Positions 39,401-46,930 of a DNA stretch of 64,000 nucleotides are shown here, piece by piece. The notes under the pieces were generated by a model. The model had not been told where the DNA came from and ran no database searches. It saw only the letters and a list, made by a program, of their open reading frames with translations. Origin of the DNA: a bacterium (lineage in GTDB: Bacteria; Patescibacteriota; Patescibacteriia; Patescibacteriales; UBA12465); the NCBI GenBank assembly GCA_035402825.1, contig DAONDZ010000001.1, positions 44,839 through 108,838 of the forward strand, written 5' to 3'. Both the position numbers and the translations under genes were made by a program. The stretch's first letter is position 1, and each line of letters opens with the position of its first letter.

Positions 39401-39491
39401 CCGTCTCCTTCGCCAATAACTTCCCCTGCGGCGAATCATCGCCGCCGGTCTTTTGGCTTAAAAGAGCGTTGATGGAATCAAATCCACTCAT
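36471..39491 (-). CDS. pilB: type IV pilus/T2SS assembly ATPase (PilB/GspE family), tandem-duplicated: two complete ATPase modules in one chain
   Basis: 1006 aa. Two Walker A (TTGPTGSGKTTTLYAILNKL, NTGPTGSGKTTTLYSILREL), two Walker B/Asp boxes (IMVGEIRD, MMIGEIRD), two His boxes (TGHLVLSTLHTN, TGHLVLSTIHAN), two tetracysteine motifs. Confidence 0.9.
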   Translation of the reverse strand: MSGFDSINALLSQKTGGDDSPQGKLLAKETELKSKKQEEQTEAQAAASGLGYINLFGFPISPEAIGLISEEEARANKIVCFYYDGENIRLGLVGAVTPSSRAIIDHLNNQYFTNSRLYLISELSFNYALELYKILPKIKKYESGVEIKPEDLKRFEAAISSYKNLNEEINKVNISDVVTLMLATALKVGASDIHIEAEAQGIVVRLRIDGVLQEAAVIDKLKWKKIISRMKILAGVKINIEDKPQDGRYSIYLDNEIADVRSSFLPTAYGESVVMRLLKSQSVGLPFEELGLRPESFQLLKVAMEKPNGLILTTGPTGSGKTTTLYAILNKLNQPGTKIITLEDPIEYQLKGISQSQVDPKKGYTFAEGLRSILRQDPNVIMVGEIRDVETAEIAVQASLTGHLVLSTLHTNDASGVIPRLVDMGVKPFFLTPAVNAVLGQRLVRQLCPKCKQAHVLNSEEEEQVKKILAVVSPKAGINIPSTLPAIYKVGPGCEFCNGIGYKGRIGIYEVFTMDDKIKQLTNDGAPAFKILQQAIENGMVTMLQDGVLKVLDGTTSLEEVYRVAGDFDYVNELYDIVISQTMGRGIKISLPELEQAQGLLKQPQELSQILAQMPTKQLLHLVSALAVKEDAGDIHIEPAEGAVKIRFRIDGVLHDIITLPFDHYLPLLSEVKILSGFATNVKQATMDGRFVIIMPDKKIDCRVSIISGGYGETVVVRLLTGAGANLSLDALGIAPYTLPVIKEAMKKTRGIIINTGPTGSGKTTTLYSILRELNKPDVKIITVEDPIEYRLEGLIQTQIDNAAGYTFAMAMRSLLRQNPNIMMIGEIRDEETAKIAIEASLTGHLVLSTIHANSAAGAISRFVGLGVDRQQLANAIECAIGQRLARRLCPHCKTEAFLDENTKTEVKKIISQITNPLAQIPLPWKTYKAVGCEQCGFLGYKGRLGLYEAVGMNADIQKAIQNINLTDMEVETLAVQAGMITMMQDGLVKALNGETTVEEVFRVCA

Positions 39492-39499
39492 AAATTAAG

Positions 39500-40507
39500 T
39501 TAGCCTAACCTTGTCTTTAGGCTGTCCGGGGCTAAGCGCTCCATTTTGCTTTTGCCAAGGCCGGAATTAAGCTTCATGAAAATATCGGTCCAAGCCACTG
39601 TTTGAAAAGTGGTCAGAAGCGAACCGCAAATGACAACAAAAACGGTTAGAGTTAAGAATCCTAAAATCACCATCACCCAGAAAGCGCTGACTGAGAAGAG
39701 ATACAAGAAGGCCGCGGCCAAGATGATGAAAGGAATAGCCACTACCAAACAAGCCAAGAGCACGGCGAAAGTGGCCAAGAAGTTAACTGCGAACAACAAT
39801 AAACCGGACTCCACGGTAATTAGCCAATTCTTTCTAAACAAACGCCAACCCTGGACCAAAGCCACGCTGAACTTTTCGTTCTTCAAAACCAAGAAAGCAA
39901 TAGCATACTTAATAACCCAAGAGATACAAATAGCTACCGGGATAAAGATGATGAATAATATCAAGTAAATAGTATTAACGGCGAAACGATTAACCAACGG
40001 GAAAAGAAGCGGCAAGCTCACTAAGGTAATTGCCACATTAACTAGCACCTTGGAAATTAAGTTATAGCCAAACACCGGCCAAAACTGCTTATGAGCAAAA
40101 CGCAAATGCCAGCGCGCGGCCGGTTCCAACTTCTCTTTCGGATCATTGATAATCTTTTCGGAGTTTTTAACCAAAGCTACCTGCGAAGTCACGGCCAACC
40201 AAATTAAGAACACCACCAAGACCAAGAAGGCGATGAAAATAAAGAGGAAAATAGTAGTTGCTCCCGGCTGGGTCTTAAATAAATAGCCGATGTTGCTAAA
40301 AACCTTAGTACTAAACAGACCAGAATTGATAAAATTATACAAACTACCAAACCAAGTCATGGCCGCCTGAGAACTGGAAGGGCGGGACAAAATTTGGTAT
40401 TCAGCCCCAATAGACAACAAAGAAGCGAATAACCCAAAAAACCACAAAAATTTGTTTTTCCAACTGATTCTTAACGCTTGTTTAAGGATTTGACGATATG
40501 AGAACAT
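39500..40507 (-). CDS. polytopic hypothetical membrane protein
   Basis: 335 aa, about 7 TM. Immediately downstream of pilB on the same strand. Not PilC-like. Confidence 0.55.
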   Translation of the reverse strand: MFSYRQILKQALRISWKNKFLWFFGLFASLLSIGAEYQILSRPSSSQAAMTWFGSLYNFINSGLFSTKVFSNIGYLFKTQPGATTIFLFIFIAFLVLVVFLIWLAVTSQVALVKNSEKIINDPKEKLEPAARWHLRFAHKQFWPVFGYNLISKVLVNVAITLVSLPLLFPLVNRFAVNTIYLILFIIFIPVAICISWVIKYAIAFLVLKNEKFSVALVQGWRLFRKNWLITVESGLLLFAVNFLATFAVLLACLVVAIPFIILAAAFLYLFSVSAFWVMVILGFLTLTVFVVICGSLLTTFQTVAWTDIFMKLNSGLGKSKMERLAPDSLKTRLG

Positions 40508-40601
40508 AATGTTAAAAGCTAAAAATTAGCTATTAATTAATTTGAAAAACTTGTAATAGTTTGATAATATTATAACATATTAATTAATTACTAACAAATA
40601 T

Positions 40602-41831
40602 ATGGCTAGAGCAATAACCGATCCGGAGCGGATATCCGAACTCTTAGAACGAGGCGTAGAGCAAGTCTATCCTTCCCGTGAACTTTTAACCAAAAAATTA
40701 ATGTCCGGCGACAGAATCCGGCTCTATTGTGGTTTTGATCCCAGTGCCACCTCTTTGCATATCGGCAATGCTATTTCCCTAAAAAAGCTGGGCGAATTTC
40801 AAAAACTCGGCCATGAGGTTATTTTTTTAATCGGCGATTTCACCGGTATGATTGGTGATCCCACTGACAAAAGCGCCGCCCGCAAGCAATTGACCCGAGC
40901 AGAAGTTTTGCATAATGCCAAAAACTATAAAAAACAAGCATCAGCCTATCTCAACTTTTCCGGCCAAAATGCCGCTAAGATAAAATACAACAGCCGCTGG
41001 AATGACAAATTAAAGTTTGCCGATTTAATCAAACTGGCCTCTAACTTCACTGTCCAATACATGATTCAGCGCGATATGTTTCAAGAGCGCCTCAAGGAAG
41101 AGCGCCCCATTTATCTGCACGAGTTCTTCTATCCCCTCACCCAAGGATATGACAGCGTGGCTATGGATGTAGATATGGAAGTCGGCGGCAATGATCAAAT
41201 GTTCAATATGATGTGTGGCCGCGATTTGCTTAAAGCTTTGAAGGGCAAAGAAAAATTCGTTTTAACCATGAAACTATTAGCCGACGAAACCGGCAAGAAA
41301 ATGGGAAAATCCGAAGGCAATGTCATTAACCTAGATGAAACTCCGGACAATATGTATGGCATAGTGATGTCCTGGCCCGATGGCATCTTGTCTTCCGCCT
41401 TTGAGCTCTGTACTAATTTAGAGTTAAAAGAAGTGAAAAAGATACAAGCGGACATCAAATCAGGCCAAGCTAACCCCCGCGATTTAAAAATGCGTTTGGC
41501 GTTGGAAATTACTAAAATAAATCACGGCGAAGCTAAAGCTCAGGCCGCTCAAGAACATTTTATTAAAACCGTCCAAAACAAGGAAATGCCGGATGAAATT
41601 CCTACCTATCACGCCAAGGCTAACCAAATGAATGTCCTGGATTTATTAGTGGCCAGCAAATTAACCGCCAGCAAAGGTGAAGCCAAAAGATTAATTGAGC
41701 AATCTGGAATTAAGATGAAAACCCAAACCACAGATTTTGAAGTAATTAATTCGCCTAGTCTGGAAATAAATCTGCAAACAGAAATAATCCTGCAGCGCGG
41801 CAAACGGCAATTCGTTAAAGTTATAAAATAA
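40602..41831 (+). CDS. tyrS: tyrosine--tRNA ligase
   Basis: GFDPSATSLHIGN (HIGH), KKMGKSEGN (KMSKS), C-terminal S4-like ASKGEAKRLIEQSGI. Confidence 0.92.
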   Translation: MARAITDPERISELLERGVEQVYPSRELLTKKLMSGDRIRLYCGFDPSATSLHIGNAISLKKLGEFQKLGHEVIFLIGDFTGMIGDPTDKSAARKQLTRAEVLHNAKNYKKQASAYLNFSGQNAAKIKYNSRWNDKLKFADLIKLASNFTVQYMIQRDMFQERLKEERPIYLHEFFYPLTQGYDSVAMDVDMEVGGNDQMFNMMCGRDLLKALKGKEKFVLTMKLLADETGKKMGKSEGNVINLDETPDNMYGIVMSWPDGILSSAFELCTNLELKEVKKIQADIKSGQANPRDLKMRLALEITKINHGEAKAQAAQEHFIKTVQNKEMPDEIPTYHAKANQMNVLDLLVASKLTASKGEAKRLIEQSGIKMKTQTTDFEVINSPSLEINLQTEIILQRGKRQFVKVIK

Positions 41832-41841
41832 TCTCAACTAA

Positions 41842-43524
41842 ATGAGTTTCTGGCTCGATCTCAAAGAACAAATCAAAAACGAAGTGGGCGAATTGGAAAT
41901 CAGCTATCCGCCCAACCCCAAACTCGGCCATTTATCATTGGCCGTTTTTGCCTTAGCTAAAAAGCAAAAGAAAAATCCTAATGAACTAGCTCAAAAAATA
42001 GCGGAAACCATTAAAAACAACGCCAAGCTAAAAACCCTGATAGCCGAAGTCACCCTTGCCGGCCCCTATATCAATCTCCAGCTCAATCAAGCCGCTTTGA
42101 CCGACTCTTTGCTTAAGGAAATAAAAATAGACAAGGATAAATATGGCCGCGATGAAAAACTTGATCCCAAGACGGTGATGATTGAATTCTCCAATGTTAA
42201 TACCCACAAAGAATATCATGTTGGTCACCTCCGCAACCTGCTCTATGGCCGCAGTTTGAATAATATCCTAGCAGCGTCCGGCGAAAATACTATTCCCGTT
42301 TCCTATATTAACGACTTCGGCATCCACGTTGCCAAAACTCTCTGGGGATACTTAAAGTTTCATCAAGACAAAAAACTTACCGGCTATACTTTAGGAAAAA
42401 TCTATGCTGAATCGGCTCAGAAACTGGAAAGCCAGCCGGAATACAAAGAAGAAGTAGCGGAAATCATGAAAGGTATTGAAAGCCGCCAGGGTGAGGCCTA
42501 TAATCTCTGGCAAAAAACCAGAGAATTAAGTTTAAATTATTTCCAAGCTATTTATAACGACCTGGGAGTAAAATTCACTAATACTTTTTTTGAAAGCGCG
42601 GTAATCGCCGCCGGGTTAGAACTAGTGGAAGAATTAAAAAATAAAAAAATATTAATCAAAAGCGACGGGGCGATTATAGCCAACCTAGAAAAATATAATT
42701 TAGGCGTTCTGCCGATCATTCGTTCCGACGGCACCGCTCTTTATCCGGTAGCCGACTTGGCTTTAGCTAAATGGAAGTTTGACCACTACAATTTATTTGA
42801 ATCTATCTATGTTGTGGACTCCCGCCAGTCTTTATACTTCAAGCAACTATTCAAAATCCTAGAACTTTCCGGCTATGAAGCTAAAATGACTCATCTCCCT
42901 TATGAATTTGTGACCTTGCCTTCCGGCATGATGTCTTCCCGTAGCGGCAATGTTATTACCTACGATGAACTGTTAGATATCGCTCAGGAAAAAGCAACGC
43001 TAGAAACTAAATCTCGCCATCAAAATTGGAGCGCTAAAAAGATTGCTAAGACCGCTCGAGCTATTGCTCTCTCCATTATCAAATTCGAGTTGATAAAAGT
43101 ATCGGCTAACAAAACTATTGTTTTTGATATCAATGAAGCTTTGCGTTTTGACGGCTACACTGCGACCTATTTGCAATATACTCAAGCCAGAGCCAACAAA
43201 CTAATCAAGAAAGCTCCCGGTCGTATTTTCCCTGTTCGCAACCTGGGACAAAAATTAACCTTGGATAAAGAAATAGAATTGATTACCGCTCTAGCTAAAT
43301 ATCCCGAAACTATTCAGAAAGCCGCCCTAGAATATGACCCCTCTATTATCGCTCACTATCTCTTTGAATTATCTCAAAAAATCAACGATTATTATCAATC
43401 CGTACCAGTGCTCAAAGCCGAATCTAAATTGAGAAAAGCTAGAATAGAGCTGTTTAAAGCCTCTCGACAAACCTTGATTAATGGCCTAGAATTACTGGGC
43501 ATCAAAACGATTAAAGAAATCTAA
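41842..43524 (+). CDS. argS: arginine--tRNA ligase
   Basis: SNVNTHKEYHVGHLRN, MSSRSGNV, C-terminal DALR anticodon-binding-like domain. Confidence 0.92.
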   Translation: MSFWLDLKEQIKNEVGELEISYPPNPKLGHLSLAVFALAKKQKKNPNELAQKIAETIKNNAKLKTLIAEVTLAGPYINLQLNQAALTDSLLKEIKIDKDKYGRDEKLDPKTVMIEFSNVNTHKEYHVGHLRNLLYGRSLNNILAASGENTIPVSYINDFGIHVAKTLWGYLKFHQDKKLTGYTLGKIYAESAQKLESQPEYKEEVAEIMKGIESRQGEAYNLWQKTRELSLNYFQAIYNDLGVKFTNTFFESAVIAAGLELVEELKNKKILIKSDGAIIANLEKYNLGVLPIIRSDGTALYPVADLALAKWKFDHYNLFESIYVVDSRQSLYFKQLFKILELSGYEAKMTHLPYEFVTLPSGMMSSRSGNVITYDELLDIAQEKATLETKSRHQNWSAKKIAKTARAIALSIIKFELIKVSANKTIVFDINEALRFDGYTATYLQYTQARANKLIKKAPGRIFPVRNLGQKLTLDKEIELITALAKYPETIQKAALEYDPSIIAHYLFELSQKINDYYQSVPVLKAESKLRKARIELFKASRQTLINGLELLGIKTIKEI

Positions 43525-43533
43525 AATAATCAT

Positions 43534-44928
43534 ATGGAATTAACTCTAATGGACAAATTAGTTTCCCTGGCCAAGCGCCGCGGCTTTATCTTTCCTTCTT
43601 CCGACATCTATGGCGGTTTTGCCGCTGTCTATGACTACGGCCACTACGGCACTTTGCTCAAAAATAATATCCGTGATTCCTGGATCAAATCCATGATTCA
43701 AGAACATGACGACATTGTCCTCATGGATGGAGCTATTTTCATGAGTCCCAAAACCTGGGAGGCCTCCGGACACCTCGCTAATTTTGACGACCCGCAAGTT
43801 GATTGCAAAAAATGCAAGAATCGCATGCGCGCCGATCACCTTCTGGAAACAATTCTCGGAGAAGATCTTTTTGACAAAGCAGGCTTGAAAGATATTAATG
43901 CTAAATTAGATGAGCTAAGGGCAGCCAAGAAATTAAAATGCTTAGAATGCGGCTCCACCGATCTGACCGCCGCTAAACGTTTTTCCTTGATGGTTAAATC
44001 AAATTTGGGCTCCCCCACCGAAGAATTGAGCGACGACAATGTCGTCTATCTCCGCCCAGAAACTTGCGGCAGCATCTATTTGCAATACAAAAATATTCTA
44101 GACTCCACTCACCCGAAGCTGCCTTTCGGTATTGCCCAAGTCGGCAAAGCTTTCCGCAATGAGATTGTAGCGCGCCAATTCATTTTCCGTACTCGAGAAT
44201 TTGAACAAATGGAGCTCCAGTATTTCCTGCCGGAAAAAATGGCTATGGAAAAATATGACGAATGGAAAGCGGCTCGCTTTGATTGGTATGTAAAAAACGG
44301 CATCGACCAAAATGATATCCGCTGGTATAAACACGAAAAATTGGCCCACTATGCTAAAGCGGCCTATGATATTGAATATAACTACAAATCCCTGGGAGGG
44401 TTCAAAGAAGTAGAAGGCATTCACGCTCGAGGCGATTGGGACCTCACTCAACACAGCAAATTTTCCGGAGTGGACTTAAGCTATTTTGACGAAGCTGAAA
44501 AGACTCGTTATATGCCGCACATAGTGGAAACATCTGTGGGCTTGGGCCGCTTGGTGCTGATGTTTTTAGATAAAGCCTATACCGAAGAAGCGATTAACGA
44601 TGAAACTAGAATAGTCATGAAGTTCCCCTATGCTTTAAGCCCGATCAAGGCCGCCATTTTCCCGTTGCTTAAAAACAAACCGGATTTAGTGGCTAAGGCC
44701 AAAGAAATATATGAAACTTTGCGTGGTTCATTCATGTGCGAATTTGATGACAGCGGCAACATCGGTAAGCGCTATCGCCGCCAAGATGAAATTGGCACGC
44801 CCTTTTGTCTCACTGTTGATTTTGACAGTTTAGAAAATAATGATGTCACCGTGCGCGACAGAGACACCATGAAACAGGAGAGGATAAAAATAGCGGACTT
44901 AAAAGAATATATAATCTCTCGCCTTTAA
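43534..44928 (+). CDS. glyQS: glycine--tRNA ligase (alpha2 type)
   Basis: FPSSDIYGG, RPETCGSIYL, FRNEIVARQFIFRTREFEQMELQYF, GIGKRYRRQDEIGTPF. Confidence 0.92.
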   Translation: MELTLMDKLVSLAKRRGFIFPSSDIYGGFAAVYDYGHYGTLLKNNIRDSWIKSMIQEHDDIVLMDGAIFMSPKTWEASGHLANFDDPQVDCKKCKNRMRADHLLETILGEDLFDKAGLKDINAKLDELRAAKKLKCLECGSTDLTAAKRFSLMVKSNLGSPTEELSDDNVVYLRPETCGSIYLQYKNILDSTHPKLPFGIAQVGKAFRNEIVARQFIFRTREFEQMELQYFLPEKMAMEKYDEWKAARFDWYVKNGIDQNDIRWYKHEKLAHYAKAAYDIEYNYKSLGGFKEVEGIHARGDWDLTQHSKFSGVDLSYFDEAEKTRYMPHIVETSVGLGRLVLMFLDKAYTEEAINDETRIVMKFPYALSPIKAAIFPLLKNKPDLVAKAKEIYETLRGSFMCEFDDSGNIGKRYRRQDEIGTPFCLTVDFDSLENNDVTVRDRDTMKQERIKIADLKEYIISRL

Positions 44929-44986
44929 ACTATTTTGGACAAGATAAAAGCCCCGACTTGGTCAGGGCTTTTTTCTTAAGGTACGA

Positions 44987-45634
44987 TTAGCGACGTTCGC
45001 AAATAAATACTTTTCTGTTTTCAGAAGCAACTTCAAATTCCTTTAAGGATTTGAAGTCGGAAGGGAGATCTTTCTGGACGGCCATGAATTTAGCTCCTTT
45101 AGCCATTTTAGCCTGCTCTCCCAGAGGAAAAACATAAACATCCACGATAAGCATTCTACCCTTTTCATTTTTCTTCTCCTGAATAACAATTTCCGCGGCG
45201 ACTTTTTTGCCTAAAGGCATATTGCGGAAATCATCAATGGAAAATAACGGATCGAGGTTTTTAGTCCTCTGGGCATAGTAGTTAATCACCAGAGTTGCCG
45301 GGCCTTTAGTCTGATACACATTAGCCAGACTCCAGCGTGAAGCAACCAGCGTAACGTTACTACCCACAATCATGTAAACCTCCGGCTTGGGTGTTAAGAA
45401 TTGGATAGTCGGGAGGTATACTTCGCAAATACCTCTCCAAATCTCAGTGTAGGCGGACTTTACAACGCACATTTCTTTGCGTTCCGGTCGTCCACCTTTG
45501 CGGCGATAGCAATCAACCAAATAATGGCCTTCTTTTTCGGTGGCTTCAATAGGTTTGAAATCTACATAGCCAGCTCTTTTGGCACACTGATGCGCCAAGG
45601 CCAGTTTTTTCTGAATAGCGGTATTTGTTTCCAT
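44987..45634 (-). CDS. hypothetical protein
   Basis: 215 aa with its own consensus promoter. No motif recognised. Confidence 0.55.
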   Translation of the reverse strand: METNTAIQKKLALAHQCAKRAGYVDFKPIEATEKEGHYLVDCYRRKGGRPERKEMCVVKSAYTEIWRGICEVYLPTIQFLTPKPEVYMIVGSNVTLVASRWSLANVYQTKGPATLVINYYAQRTKNLDPLFSIDDFRNMPLGKKVAAEIVIQEKKNEKGRMLIVDVYVFPLGEQAKMAKGAKFMAVQKDLPSDFKSLKEFEVASENRKVFICERR

Positions 45635-45681
45635 TTATAGGGGTTTTTGTACGGTTAATATTTAATTGTTAAGGACTTATA

Positions 45682-45710
45682 ATAATAGCATTTTTATAAA
45701 CTTTTGTCAA
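45682..45710 (-). promoter_or_regulatory. consensus promoter TTGACA-17-TATTAT
   Basis: Minus strand reads TATTGACAaaagtttataaaaatgcTATTAT. Confidence 0.6.
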
Positions 45711-45794
45711 TAACCAGTTAAAAGGCTATTAATTACCTAATTTAATGGCTTTTCTTGATAGTTTTTTCATCCTCTCTATGCTAGACTAAAAACC

Positions 45795-46649
45795 ATGAAA
45801 CATTTCCGTCGTAAAATATTTTTAATCCTCGCTATATTCCTAGCTATCTTGGTCTATAGTTTGTTAAGGCAAAATACCCCGGGACTGGAAGTCTCGTTCT
45901 TTTCCGTGGGGCAAGGAGACGCTATTTTCATTGAAACTCCTTCCGGCAAACAAATTTTAATTGACGGCGGACCCAGCCAAAAAGTTTTAGAAAAGCTAGG
46001 AAGCGCTATGGATTTAACTGATAATTATATTGATTTAGTTATTCTCACTCACCCCCACGATGATCACGTCCAAGGATTAGTGCCGGTTTTAGAAAGATAC
46101 CAAGTAGGCGAGCTTATTTATAACGGCACAGCAGCAGCTAATCAAAACTATGAATACTTGCTAAAAACAGCCAAAAACAAAGGAATTCCCACTATAATTG
46201 CTAATCAACCTAGCACTATTAATTTAGAAGAAAATTGCGCGTTGCGCATCATCTATCCCCTCACTGATTTAAGCGGGCAAAGTTTAAAAAAAATAAATGA
46301 CGGCTCAATCGCCACTCGTCTAGATTGCGCCGGCCATAGCTTTTTGTTCATGGGCGACTTAGAGAAAAAAGGTGAAAGCGAATTACTTTTAACCGATATT
46401 GATTTGCGCGCTGAATTTTTAAAGCTCGGCCATCACGGATCATATACTGCCTCCAGTTTAGGATTTTTAGAAGCCGTGTCACCCAACCTAGCGATAATCT
46501 CAGTTGGGTTGGATAATTCTTATAATCTTCCCGCTACCAGTACCCTAGAAAGCTTAAATAATTTAGGAATAGACTATTGGCGGACTGATAAACAGGGGGA
46601 CTTGATAATTGAAGTCAGAAATGGCCAGTTAACTCAAAAAAGCCAATAA
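45795..46649 (+). CDS. ComEC/Rec2-related metallo-beta-lactamase domain protein (lactamase module only, N-terminal TM)
   Basis: 284 aa. VGQGDAIFIETPSGKQILIDGG, LTHPHDDHVQG, GHHGS. Confidence 0.8.
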   Translation: MKHFRRKIFLILAIFLAILVYSLLRQNTPGLEVSFFSVGQGDAIFIETPSGKQILIDGGPSQKVLEKLGSAMDLTDNYIDLVILTHPHDDHVQGLVPVLERYQVGELIYNGTAAANQNYEYLLKTAKNKGIPTIIANQPSTINLEENCALRIIYPLTDLSGQSLKKINDGSIATRLDCAGHSFLFMGDLEKKGESELLLTDIDLRAEFLKLGHHGSYTASSLGFLEAVSPNLAIISVGLDNSYNLPATSTLESLNNLGIDYWRTDKQGDLIIEVRNGQLTQKSQ

Positions 46650-46694
46650 AAACGGGGCTATAATAACCATTAGACTCTGTGGATATCCTGTGTA

Positions 46695-46723
46695 TTGACA
46701 ATTCGTTTTCTATATGGTATAGT
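46695..46723 (+). promoter_or_regulatory. consensus promoter TTGACA-17-TATAGT with no downstream CDS
   Basis: TATTGACAattcgttttctatatggTATAGT. Confidence 0.6.
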
Positions 46724-46729
46724 ATTAAA

Positions 46730-46866
46730 TCATTTAAAGAAAACAAAGACCTTTTAGACGGGGTCGGAACGACAAGCATGGGATCGCCTCTCTCGGTTTT
46801 AGGGCTACGGCTCACGAATTCGAAAGAGACGACTTTCTTTCCTATCCCGTCCAAAAGGTTTTTTTA
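46730..46866 (+). ncRNA. candidate stand-alone small RNA (about 135 nt), family unknown
   Basis: Downstream of a consensus promoter. 46748-46761 pairs with 46846-46859 (13 of 14 positions by hand), followed by a T-run at 46859-46865. The next plus-strand gene is 3 kb away. Confidence 0.4.
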
Positions 46867-46878
46867 TACCAAAAATAT

Positions 46879-46910
46879 AAAACCCCGCAATTAATTATTG
46901 CGGGGTTTTG
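46879..46910. terminator. bidirectional terminator (serves VanW-like gene on minus strand)
   Basis: CCCCGCAA-ttaatta-TTGCGGGG flanked by A and T runs. Confidence 0.8.
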
Positions 46911-46930
46911 TTATAGAAAAAATAATTCAA

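Noticed and set aside
39500-40507. PilC/GspF platform protein call for the membrane protein downstream of pilB.
   Set aside because: The length, roughly 7-TM topology and sequence (no duplicated T2SSF-type cytoplasmic domains) do not fit PilC. It is kept as hypothetical.
46748-46859. Interpretation of the candidate sRNA as bacterial SRP (4.5S) RNA, because GGUCGGAACGACAAGCA resembles the domain IV core.
   Set aside because: The putative GGAA tetraloop would be closed by a C-C mismatch. The motif also sits near the 5' end rather than at the apex of the terminal helix. This is left as unknown class pending a covariance-model scan.
46615-46894. ORFs 46615-46854(-) and 46679-46894(+) as protein genes.
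   Set aside because: They are mutually overlapping on opposite strands, span a consensus promoter, a long helix and two terminators, and have no SD. An RNA interpretation is preferred.
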